A DNA stretch of 64,000 bases from NCBI GenBank assembly GCA_024679065.1, contig JAGIQG010000024.1, forward strand, positions 3,038,001 through 3,102,000, given 5' to 3'. Of this stretch, positions 52,405 through 64,000 are shown in pieces. The translations under genes were made by a program, and so were the position numbers. Within the stretch, counting starts at the first letter, position 1, and each line of letters opens with the position of its first letter. This stretch comes from Sphyrna mokarran (lineage: Eukaryota). A model generated the notes under the pieces. The model made no database searches. It was not told the DNA's origin and saw only the letters and a program-made list of their open reading frames with translations.

Positions 52405-53219
52405 TAATTAAAGCTGTGTCCCCTCGTGCTAGCTTCCTCAATCCTAGGAAAAAGGCTATCACTGTCCACCCTATCTAAACCTCTAATCATCTTATATGTT
52501 TAGATTAGGTCCCCTCTTAGCCACCTCCTTTCTAACAAAAACAACCTCAAATCCCTCAGCCTCTCTTCATAAGACCTGCCCTCCATACCAGGCAACATCC
52601 TGGTAAACCTCCTCTGTACCCTCTCCAATGCCTCCACATCTTTCTGATAATGTGGGGACCAGAACTGTACAAAACTTGCACTTGGAGTATTGTGTGCCGT
52701 TCTGGTCCCCACATTATCAGAAAGATGTGGAGGCATTGGAGAGGGTACAGAGGAGGTTTACCAGGATGTTGCCTGGTATGGAGGGCATGTCTTATGAGGA
52801 GAGGCTGAGGGATTTGAGGTTGTTTTCGTTAAAAAGGAGGCGGCTAAGAGGAGACCTTATCGAAACATATAAGATGATTAGAGGTTTAGATAGGGTGGAC
52901 AGTGATAGCCTTTTTCCTAGGATGGAGAAAGCTAGCACGAGGGACACAGCTTTAAATTAAGGGGTGATAGTTATAGGACGGATATCAGAGGCAGGTTCTT
53001 TACCCAAAGGGTGGTTCGGGAGTGAATGCCCTGCCTGCAGCGGTTGTAGATGCGCCAAGTTTGGTGGCGTTTAAGAGGTTAGTTGATAAGTATATGGAAG
53101 AGAAGGAATGGTTTAGTTTGGAGGGGCATTGCTTTTTATATTGGTCGGCGCAACATCGAAGGCCGAAGGGCCTGTTCTGTGCTGTAATGTTCTATGTTCT
53201 ATGTTCTATGTTCTAATTA
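52405..53219. mobile_element. Fold-back CR1 insertion (inverted duplicate arm + plus-strand 3' end), TAATTA TSD
   Basis: 52408-52665 is the near-perfect reverse complement of ~52699-52955. Confidence 0.85.
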
Positions 53220-54515
53220 TCCTTAAAAAACCCATCTGGTTCACTTATACCCTGAAGGAAATCTGCCACCCTACCCCAGTCTGGCCTACATGTGACTCCA
53301 GATCCACAGCAATGTGGTTGATTCTTAATTGCCTCTAAATTTTTTTTGTTTATACATCGAATTCAATCCAATCAAAGTCCAATTCAGAGTCTCAGCAAGT
53401 TGAGGCCTCTCACCTACTGTCTTGGGCTTGACCTACAGGATCCAAGCTGATTGGAGCAGGCGTTGCTCCTCCTCCAAGGCTCGTTCTCATTTGCATCTTA
53501 GCCAAAAGACTGAGATGCCACTTTTAAAACTTGCTCCAAATGAAACCTCAGTGTAACCTCATGACTTCAAACAAGTGCAGCACAATGATAGCACACAACT
53601 GCCCCTAAATGGCCTGGCAAATAGTTTTAGGGTTAAACAGAAATGGGCCATAAATGCTGGGTCCAGTCAGTGACATCCATATCCTATGAATGTAAATTAA
53701 ATTATTTAAAGGAGTAACATATTTATCTTCTGCTGGATCATAATATATTAGTGTTTAGATTTATTTTTAATTCTATAAAACTGAAAATATGTTATTTGGC
53801 AAGTAACCGAACACACTTAACACAGCATGAAAATATATGCTTTAGTCATTTGTTTAAATAAACAGAATGTTGCAGTTTATGTTACTTTGTATTTTTGCAT
53901 GATGTCTCTGTCCACAACTTATAAGAGTGTTTCAAAATACTGTTATTTTCTGTCACAGTTGCATTGTTGCAGATATCCAAAAGATGTGCAGATTAACTGG
54001 TTTGGCCAAGCTAAATTGCCTCTTAGTGTCCCAAGATGGCATGTCAGCTGCGACTCTCATTAACTTGTACTGATGCACTATAGAAAGTATTCTTTCTAGT
54101 TGTATCACAGCTTGATATGGTTCCTGCTCTGTCCAAGATTGCAAGGAACTACAAAAGGTCATGAATGTAGCCCAATCCATCACACAAACCAGCCTCCCAT
54201 CCATTAACTGTTTACACTTCCTGCTGCCTTGGCAAAAATGCCAGCATAATTAAGGACCCCATACGCTCCAGTCATTTTCTCTTCCACTTTCTTCCATCGG
54301 GAAAAAGATGCAAGTATGATGATGGGTCTGGGAAAGGATGTGTAGATAGTTTTAGCTATATTGAGATCAAAAAGGAGGAGGTATTGAGGTTCTTGAGCGA
54401 CATTAAAGTAGACAAGTCTCCAGGGCCTGATTTGGTACACCCCAGAATACTGAGAGAGATGAGGGAGGAAATTGTTGGGCCTTGAGAGAAATCTCCTCTC
54501 TGGCTACAGGGAAAG

Positions 54516-55157
54516 TCATGATGTGGAGATGCCAGTGTTGAACTGGAGTAAACACAGTAACAAATCTCACAACGCCAGGTTAAAGCCCAACAGGTTTATT
54601 TGGTAGCAAACGCCATTAGCTTTCAGAGCTCTGCTCCTTCGTCAGGCGAGTGGAGAGTTCTGATCACAAACAGGACATGTAAAGGCACACATTCAGTTTA
54701 CAGAATACTGAGGCATGGTACATTGGGGAGACCATGCAGACGCTACGACAACCGATGAATGATCGCAGCTCGACAATCACCAGGCAAGACTGTTCTCTTC
54801 CTGTTGGGAACACTTCAGCGGTCAGGGGCATTCAGCCTCTGATCTTCGGGTAAGCATTCTCCAAGGCGGTCTTCACGACACATGACAGCGCAGAGTCGCT
54901 GAGCAGAGACTAATAGCCAAGTTCCGCACACATGAGGACGGTCTTAACAGGGATCTTGGGTTCATGTCACACTATTTGAAACCCGCTTGACTTGCCTGGG
55001 CTTGCAACATCTTGTTTACTGTCCTGTCTGGAGACAATACACATCTCTTTAACCTATGCTAATGCTACCTCTGCATTTTCTGCACCTTTAAGACTTGGTT
55101 AGCTGTAAAGATTCGCATGCTAATCAGTATCCTGTAAACTGAGTGTGTGCCTTTATA
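54516..55157 (+). mobile_element. Penelope-like element: GIY-YIG endonuclease C-terminal remnant with 5' inverted pLTR
   Basis: YIGETMQTLRQ...HSASDLRVSILQGG...RVAEQRLIAKFRTHEDGLNRDLG; 54677-54710 is an inverted copy of 55124-55157. Confidence 0.85.
54611..54650 (-). ncRNA. Minimal (type I) hammerhead-ribozyme-like motif in the Penelope pLTR
   Basis: CGC-CUGACGA-A-GGAGC-AGA-GCUCU-GAAA-GCUA-AUG; core intact, one helix-I mismatch. Confidence 0.55.
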
Positions 55158-57106
55158 TTGATGAGGATAGGGCATGGATGTTGTCTATATGGACTTCAGT
55201 AAGGCCTTTGACAAGGTCCTTTATGGCAGACTGGTGCAGAAGGTGAAATTACATGGGATCAGAGGTGAGTTGGCAAGGTGGATACAAAACTGACTCAGTC
55301 AAAGAAGACAGAGGGTAGCAGTGGAAGAACGCGTTTCTGAATGGAGGACTGTGATAAATGGCATTCCTCAGGGATCAGTACTGGAACCTTTGCTGTTTGT
55401 AACATATATATAAATGATTTAGAGGAAAATGTAACTGGATTGATTCGTAAGTTTGCTGACGACACAAAGGTGGGTGGATTTGCGGACAGCAATGAAGACC
55501 ATCAGACGATACAGTAGGAAAGAGATCGGTTGGAGACTTGGGCAGAAAGATGGCAGATGGAGTTTAATCCAGACAATGTGAGGTGACGCATTTTGGAAGG
55601 TCTAATTCAGAGGAAATATACAATAAATGACAGAACTCTTAAGAGTATTGATAGGCAAAGGGATCTGGGTGTACGGGTACACAGGTCATTGAAAGTGGCA
55701 ATGCAGGTGGAGAAACTAGTCAAGAAGGCATACGACATGCTTGTCTCCATTGGCTGTGGCATTGAGTTTAAAAAGTCATGTCGCATGTTTATAGAACTTA
55801 GTTAAGCCACACTTGGAATATAGCGTTCAATTCTGCTCATCACAATACCAGAAGGATATGGAGGCTTTGGAAAAGTACAGAAAACAATTATCAGGATGTA
55901 TGGAAGGCATCAGCTATGAGGCAAAGTTGGCAAAACTTGGTTTGTTCTTTCTGCAACAACAGAGATTGAGGGACAATCTGATAGAAGTCTGCAAGATTTT
56001 GAGAGGCATGGACAGAGTGGATAGTCAGAAGCTTTTCCCAGGATGGAAGAATCAGTTACTAGGGGGCACGGGTTTAAGGTGCAAGGGCAAGGTTTAAAGG
56101 AAATGTACAAGGTAGATTTTTTACGCAGAGGTGGTGGGTGCCTGGAACTCGTTGCTGGAGGAGGTAGTGGAAGCGGATATGGTCATGACTTTTAAGGGAC
56201 ATCTTGACAAATACATGAATATAATGGGAATGGAGGGATACCGTCCCCAGAAGAGTAGGGGCTTTAGTTGAGACAGGCAGCGTGGTCAGTACAGGCTTGG
56301 AGGGCCGAACGACCTGTTCCTATGCTGTAATTTTCTTTGTTCTTTGTTCAAAGGTCTGAAGTCATACACCAATTGACTCAAGAACATGTTTTTCCCTGAT
56401 GTTGTCAAACTTTTGCATGGATTTACCTCGCATTAAGCTGATCTTCCTCTACACCCTAGCTGTGATTGTAACGCTACATTCTGCGCTGTCTTGGTTCCTT
56501 CTCTGTGAATGGTATGCTTTGTCTGAATAGCACACAAGAAATACTTTTCACAGTATGTTAATACATGTGACAATAATAAATCAAATCAAATCAAATCAAA
56601 TCAAAAGATGTATAAGATTGGGGATTAGCAGGGTAAATGACTAGGAGATAGGGGTAGGCCTGAGTAAGTTGTTGAGTCAGTGCAGACTTGATGGACCAAA
56701 TGGCCTCCTTCTGTATTGTACGGATTCTATAATTTTATTTCTATAATGTTACACATCTGTTGACTCATGATGACTTGCTGTTAGTTGTCTCACAGAAATT
56801 AATACAATAATTCATAAAATATTATCTAGATTTCTCAGGGATTCCACACCATATGCAATATAAGTGTTTTGGACATAACAGCAGCTGATGTGGGACTGGA
56901 AACAGACCTGTCCACATGTGATCATAAAGGAACACATGGACTGAGAGTAGGGTCAGTTGTGGACTGGACAGAAACCTGTGTAGAAATGTACATGGAGTTA
57001 GCCCCTAGCTTGGACTTTATCTACATAGTTATGTGTTCAGACTCAGAACCTGTTTGTGAGATCTATTGAACAGCACATACAGCAACAGTTATCACACTTA
57101 ACTAGC

Positions 57107-57637
57107 ATAGAACATAGAACATTACAGCGCAGAACAGGCCCTTCGGCCTTCGATGTTGCGCCGACCAATATAAAAAGCAATGACCCTCCAAACTAAACCA
57201 TTCCCCTCTCTTCCATATACTTATCAACTAACCTCTTAAACGCCACCAAACTTGGCGCATCTACAACTGCTGCAGGCAGGGCATTCCACTCCCTAACCAC
57301 CCTCTGGATAAAGAACCTACCTCTGATATCCGTCCTATAACTATCACCCCTTAATTTAAAGCTGTGTCCCCTCGTGCTAGCTTTTTCCATCCTAGGAAAA
57401 AAGCTATCACTGTCCACCCTATCTAAACCTCTAATCATCTTATATGTTTCGATTAGGTCCCCTCTTAGCCGCCTCTTTTCTAACGAAAACAACCTCAAAT
57501 CCCTCAGCCTCTCCTCATAAGACCTGCCCTCCATACCAGGCAACATCTGGTAAACCTCCTCTGTACCCTCTCCAATGCCTCCACATCTTTCTTATAATGT
57601 GGGGACCAGAACTGCACACAATACTCCAAGTGCGGCC
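57107..57637 (-). mobile_element. Young CR1 3' fragment (same subfamily as 22872-24136)
   Basis: ORF 57193-57546 nearly identical to the end of the 387-aa ORF. Confidence 0.93.
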
Positions 57638-57734
57638 ATACTATCCTCCAATACATTTTAACAACTGTTGGTTAATGTAATACTAATTTTAAAACTGCAG
57701 ATGAAACTGATTTAAAATGTTCTAGAACACTGAG

Positions 57735-58282
57735 ATGTACTGTGTACAATTGTGGTCACCCTGTTATAGAAAGGATATTATTAAACTAGAAAAAATGGAG
57801 AAGAGATTTATTAGGATGCTATCTGGACTTGATAGTTTCAGTTATAAGGAGAGGTTGGATAGACGGGGACTTTTTTCTCTGGAGCATAGAAGGCTGAGGA
57901 GTGATCTTATACAGGTCTATAAAATAATGAGGGGCATAGATTAGTTAAATAGTCAATATATTTTCTCAAAGGTAGATGAGTCTAAAACTAGAGGGCATAG
58001 GTTTAAGGTGAGGGGGAGAGATATGAAAGGGTCCAGAGCAGCAATTTTTCGCACAGAGGGTGGTGAGCGTATGGAATAAGCTGCCAGAGGTAGTAGTAAA
58101 GACAGGTACAATTTTGTCTTTTGAAAAGCATTTAGATAGTTACATGAGTAAGATGGGTAAAGAGGGATATGGGCTAAATGCAGGCAGTTGGGACTAGCTT
58201 AGAGGTTTAAAAAAAAAGGCATATTGGACAAGTTGGGCCAAAGGGCCTGTTTCCATGCTGTAAACTTCTATAACCCTATGAT
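57735..58282 (+). mobile_element. CR1 3' fragment
   Basis: YCVQLWSPCYRKDIIKLE. Confidence 0.88.
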
Positions 58283-61068
58283 TAATATGAATCATTCTCA
58301 AGCTGTTAATCATGAGTGATTAACATGAGTCATAAAAGCACACATAGGATCAGGAGTAAGTCATATGGCTTCCTTGTAACTGCTTTGTCATGCATCAAGC
58401 TCATAACCTTCTACCTAAATTCAATATTTAGAGCCCTTATTGTTGAATCCAAAAATCTACTAATCTGAGTTTTGGTTATGTTCAGCAGCTAAAATCCACA
58501 ACCCACGTGGATAGAGAATTCCAAACTTGAGTAAAGGGATATTTTCTCACTACACTCCCAAATGACCAATTCTTGCTCTGAAACTCTTGCCACTTCAGCA
58601 TCTCAACATTGACTGTGTCAATCTTCTAACAATTTTTTATGTCTCCATAAGATCACCTTGTTCATTCTGCTCAATCCTTCCTGAGAAGATAATTGTCTTA
58701 TCCCACGAATCAATCTCATTGGTAATACACTGTTTGAACCTTAAACCAGCAAGGCTTAAATGGGCCTGGATAAAACTACAATATCACCTTCAGAATGAGC
58801 ATGTCCCTGAAATTTCTTCCCCAAGTCTTGTCCATATCGACCCTAGTGAGAAGACACTTGATATCTGTGTGCGTCTCAAGAACATTCACAACCAGTGGGC
58901 AGCTCAGGCTTCAGAGCATCGAACCAACATTGGCAACTCATGAGTTTATGGATTTATTTCGTCTGATTTTATGTGTAAATTATATTAGTGATGCCAATTT
59001 TAAGAGAAGATATTTTGGAGCAGATGTTCACCTGAGGAGTCTGATATAACTCAAACCAAAATATGCAGATCTGTCAGTCCCTGATGTTGCTCAATTAAGT
59101 GTTGAACTGTGCCAAGTTTCAGGAGAAGCCCAAACTTTGCACATCAATCTCTCCAAATGCTCACAATGCCACCCCATAAAAACATTCAATTGTTCAAAGA
59201 TTCCAATGCCAACTGTCTAATGCCAGAAGAATTATTCTTCTTTAATAATTAAAAGAATTAAAGAAGATTCTTTAATCTTCTTACATTAAAGAAGATAAGT
59301 TCAAAATAAATTAGAATATGATATAGGAACTGGAGAAGACCACATGGATTGTAGACCCAGCCCTGCCATTCAATATGACCTTGGGCTTCAACTTTCACAG
59401 CCATTCCCCACATTCACTGATTCCCTGAGAGACCAAAAATCTACGCCATCTTTAAAATATATTTAATGCTGAGTATTCACAATCCTCTATGATCCTGCAC
59501 TCCAAGGATTCATAACCCCAAATAAAGAAATTACTCCCCATCTCTGTCCTACATGATTCATCTGTGACTCATGCAGTTATTCTAGATCCCTCAGCCAGTG
59601 GAAACAACCTCTCAAAGTCAACCCTGTCAGTATCCTTCAGAATAGGAGTAGGGGTACACCATTTGGCCCTAATGAGTGTGCTCTTCTATTCAATTAGGTG
59701 ATCATTAAACATCTACCTCAATCCCACTTTCCCACACTACCCCCATATTCCTTTCTCTCATAAATATTCAGAAATCCATTGATTTCCTGTCTTAAAAATG
59801 ATCATGGAATTTCCTCTAGCATGTTTCAATGAAATAATTGCTCATTTTTATGAGCTTGAGAAGGTACATCCAATTTACTCAACCTCTCATCATAAAAGAA
59901 CTTTCTCTTCCCAGACACCAATTTAGTGAATATTTACTGCACTGCTTCCAATACAAGTATACCCTCTCTTAAACAAGCTGCAAACAGTATTTCAAATGTG
60001 ATCTCACTAAAATCCCATATAATTTTAACAAGATTTCTTTAATCTATCTTCCAATCCCCTTGAAATAAAGGTCAACTTGGCATTTGCCTTCTTGTTGTAC
60101 CTGCATGCTATCTTTCTACGTGCTTTATACAAGCACACCCAAGTCCCTTGAAATGTCAACACTTAGAAGTTTTGAGCCTTTTAAAAAAACATTCTGCTTT
60201 TCTTAGGACCAAAATGAATAACCTTACACTTCCCCACATTAAACTCCATCTGCCATCTTGTTATCCATTCACTTAACCTGTCTATATCCGTTCACAGCCT
60301 CTGTGTCCTCCCAGTTTACATTTTTACCTCATTTTGTATCATCAATAAACATGAATATATTAGCGCATTTTGTGTTGTCCCATGAGACAAATTTAACTGC
60401 TAACTTTGTTCTATTCTAAGATTGACATTCCAGGAACTGAAGTTTTAAATGGACAGTGAGAATGAATGGGAAATTTTTAAAAATGTGACTTTTGTTTTTG
60501 GGACAGGTACCTCTCAAGCTCAAGAGAACATCTCAAGGCTCGGGAGGTGCTTAACTTTGCAACGGTCAGTTACTGTTTCAGCAGTCGATCAAAAAGAAAA
60601 CCTGGATCCTGCAACCCGATAATCCACTGGGCATGCAAAGTATTCCAAGCCAGAGAAGATATGCCACACATAATAGGAATCACCATACACTCAATTTTCA
60701 TTTTCTTTTATTATAAACTTTATAACCACAGAAATTTTATCCTTCAGTTTCGTCAAATGGCTTCAGAACATAAAAATAAAATCAAGTCAGGACTATCGTC
60801 TTCTGAACTTTGTAGTGAAATGTTGCTTCTTAACTAAGTTATCAATAATTATTTTGCATAAAATTTAGTTTTAATGGTCGAATAGCCAGAGCAGACCATT
60901 TGATTTCTGATTATGACCAGTTCCTGCCTTCTCCCCTCACTACCAGTCTCTCTTTTCCAAGTCTGCAACTTGGCTGCTGAGGATACCTTTTGCAAGAATA
61001 GGCACCTCTTTCTAGTGATTTATTTTGAGCCATGTTATTCTCTATTGTCTGTGTTCAGTTTATTAATT

Positions 61069-64000
61069 AAAGAACAAAGGAGCAGGACGCCATCGATCCC
61101 CTTAACCCTATTGGCTTTGGCTCGCTGGGCTTAGGTGAGAGCAGGTTTAAGCAGAATGTGCTACTGGTTTTCAGTTGCGTTCACACCTCCAAAGGTGTTC
61201 CTGACAATGGCAGGGATTACGGAAGACGCCTCACCTGCATACGGTGTCATATGTGGGAGTTCCTGGAGGCAAGACCTCTCCCGAAAGTCCATTTATGCGT
61301 CAAATGTTTGGAGCTGCAGCGTCTGAGGGCTCGGGTCAAGCAACTAGAGCGGCGATTGGAAGATGCATTTTTAGTCTGGAAGAACAAGGCAATCATGGAA
61401 GGGAGGCAGAGTAAGGTGGCGGACCTGGAGCCTAAGCAGGGGGGTAACCTGATCCTTACAGGTGGATTACTGTAAGGAAGGGGAAAAAGTCCAAAGATTT
61501 TCCCAGTGGCAGCCCCCCAAAATACCGAGGGCAGAGGGGTAAAAAAGATAAGGCAGAAGGACCAGAGTACCTCAAAGGGGAGGAAAGGGGCTAGAAGGGA
61601 GATAGTGGTGGGGGATGGGAGGGTTAAAGGAATAGATAGGCGCTTCTGTGGTCAAAGGCGGGACTCCAGGATGGTAGTTTGCCTCCCTGGAGCAGGGTTG
61701 CAAGATGTGTCTGACAGGGTAGAGGGCATTTTTGAAGGGTGAGGTGATCCAGGCTGATGTGATTATTCACGTAGGAGAGAAGGATGTAGGAAGGAAGAGC
61801 AGGGAGGATATATGAAGGCAGTTCAGAGAGTTGGGGGGTAGGCTGAACAGCAGGGCATCCAGGGTGGTGATCTCAGGGCTGCTTCCAGGGCCAAGTAATT
61901 GCGGGGCCAGGAAAAATGAGATCCTACAGTTGAATGCATGGCTGAAGGACTGCTGTAGAGCAGAGGGTTTCATATTTGTGGATAACTGGGAAGTCTTTGT
62001 GAAAGAAGGGCACCTGTATAGAAGGGACGGGGAACACTTAAATGGGAAGGGCGTGAATATCTTAGCTGGGAGGTTAGCTGGAGTGTTTTGGCAGGATTTA
62101 AACTAATATGGAGGGGGGAGGGGCTGAGACTGATAGCTCGGTAGAGAGTGAGATGGGAGATAGAGTAAGCTTGGATGAGAAGAAATACACCAGGGAGAAG
62201 GAGGTTCCGAGTGGGCTTGGAGATCTGGAGTGTGTCTGTTTCAATGCGAGGAGCGTAACAGGAAAAATGAATGAACTTAGGGCCTTAATGTTTGCGAGGA
62301 ACTTGGATGTGGTTGCAGAGACGGAGATGTGGTTAAAGGAAGGGGAGCAGTGGCAGCTGAACATTCCTGGGTATAAGTGTTTCAGGCGTGACAGAGAAGG
62401 GTCCAGAAGAGGTGGAGGAGTGGCATTGTTAGTTAGGGAGAGCATCACAGCGGTGCAGAGGAAGGACAATTCAGAGGAGTTAGGAGTGGAGTCGCTGTGG
62501 GTGGAGTTGAGGAATAAAAAGGGGGTGATTACTATGCTAGGGCTGTACTATAGGCCACTCAACAGCCCGCCGAAGAAGACATATGTAAAGACATTTTGGA
62601 TAGGAGCAGAAAGAACAGAGTCGTTATAGTGGGAGATTTTAATCTCCCTAGGGTGGATTGGAAAGTACATAGAGCTGGGGGTTTGGATGGGGAGGAATTT
62701 GTAAAATGTGTACTGGAAGGATTATTGGAGCAGTATGTAGCTAGCCCGACTAGAGAAGGGGCTATATTGGATTTAGTTCTGAGTAATGAGCCAGAGCAGG
62801 TGGTTGATGTTGTAATAGGGGAACATGTGGCTAACAGTGACCACAATTCTGTCTATTTTAGGATACAGATGGAAAAGGATGCTTGTTGCCGAGGGACAGG
62901 GTGCTGAATTGGTGGAAGGCTAACTACGGTCGGATTAGGCAGGAACTTATGGAAACTGATTGGGAACGGTTGTTCAAGGGTAAGTCCACGCTGGGCATGT
63001 GGGACTTTTTCAAGGGAATACTGAAAATGTTGCAATAAAGATATGTGCCGGCCAAGAGGAAAGACAGGAAAGGTAGGATTAGAGAGCCGTGGATTACTAG
63101 GGATATCGAGGACTTGGTTAGGAAGAGAGGCGTATGTTAGGTCAAAGCAGCTGGGAATGGAGAGAGCATTGGAGAAATATAGAGAGAATAGGAGGGAGCT
63201 CAAACGGGGAGTTAGAAGGGCAAAAAGGGGGCATGAAATGATTTTGGCGGATAGGATTAAGGAAAATCCAAAGGCTTATTACTCCTATGTTAGAAATAAA
63301 AGGGTGGTTAGAGGAAAAATCGGACCTCTTAGGGATAGAGCAGAGGAACTGTGGTTAGAGCCCAAGGGAATGGGGGAGATCCTGAATGAATACTTTGCGT
63401 CGGTATTCACGAAGGAGAAAGCCTTGTTGACCGGTCCCATCTCTGAGGGAGCTGTAGACTAGTTGAGGGAAATATCAATACTGAGGGAAGGAAGTGTTAG
63501 AGCTTCTAGGTAGCATTAAAATTGATAAATCTCCGGGGCCTGATGGCATATATCCCAGGCTGTTTACTGAGGCACAAGGTGAAATTGCTGGGCCTCTGAC
63601 GCAAATCTTTGTCTCTTCTTTCGACACAGGTGAGGTTCCAGAGGACTGGAGAATAGCTAATGTTGTACCGTTGTTTACAAAGGGTAGTAGGGATAACCCT
63701 GGAACTTATAGGCCGGTGAGTTTGACGTCAGTGGTAGGGAAGCTATTGGAGGGGATTCTTAGAAATAGGATGCATAGGCACTTAGAGTGTTGCAATTTGA
63801 TTAGGGATACGCAGCACGGATTTGTTAAGAGGAGGTCGTGTCTTACGAATCTGGTAGAATTTTTTGAGGTGACGAAAATGGTTGACGAAGGGCGAGCCGT
63901 TGATGTCGTCTATGTGGATTTCAGTAAGGCGTTTGACAAAGTCCTTCATGGGAGGTTAGTTGAAAAGGTCAAGGCTAATGGGATACAAGGACAGGTAGCT
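61069..64000 (+). mobile_element. Duplicate of the near-full-length CR1 at 13105-17522 (runs off the window)
   Basis: Identical ORFs at offset 47964. Confidence 0.95.

Larger units (their letters stand above)
54035..56605 (+). mobile_element. Rex1 3' end interrupted by a CR1 (~54320-56349), itself interrupted by a Penelope element
   Basis: Rex1 sequence resumes at 56350 and ends in (TCAAA)n; CR1 RT remnants in between. Confidence 0.8.

Noticed and set aside
48655-60456. A single 11.8-kb transposon with a GACAG TSD
   Set aside because: Contents are a mosaic of old repeats with no terminal repeats, and the Rex1 element reads through the left boundary; a deletion in copy 1 fits better

Overview
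Vertebrate genomic DNA, very probably a shark (elasmobranch), judged from the dense CR1, Rex1/Babar, Penelope and HE1/V-SINE repeats. Nothing in the window looks prokaryotic and there is no CRISPR array. Most of the sequence is nested retrotransposon debris. Three things stand out. (1) A minus-strand B7-family (CD276/HHLA2-like) Ig gene has phase-1 IgV (21253-20900), IgC (19800-19516) and TM/stop (17940-17804) exons. Its IgC has both canonical cysteines replaced by Phe, and its TM helix carries a Glu. The locus also holds a second phase-1 TM/stop exon (11337-11234, repeated at 47499-47396), an inverted paralog of the first TM exon (49884-50089, plus strand) and a candidate secretory tail exon, which suggests one ectodomain with several alternative membrane anchors. 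(2) A near-identical tandem segmental duplication: ~2160-12492 matches ~38322-48654, and 12493-16036 matches 60457-64000. Its left end lies inside a CR1 element, and the first copy lacks 11,802 bp with GACAG microhomology at the ends. (3) A CR1 lineage whose 3' UTR contains a conserved branched RNA structure followed by a captured V-SINE. All exon models come from reading the sequence and need RNA evidence.
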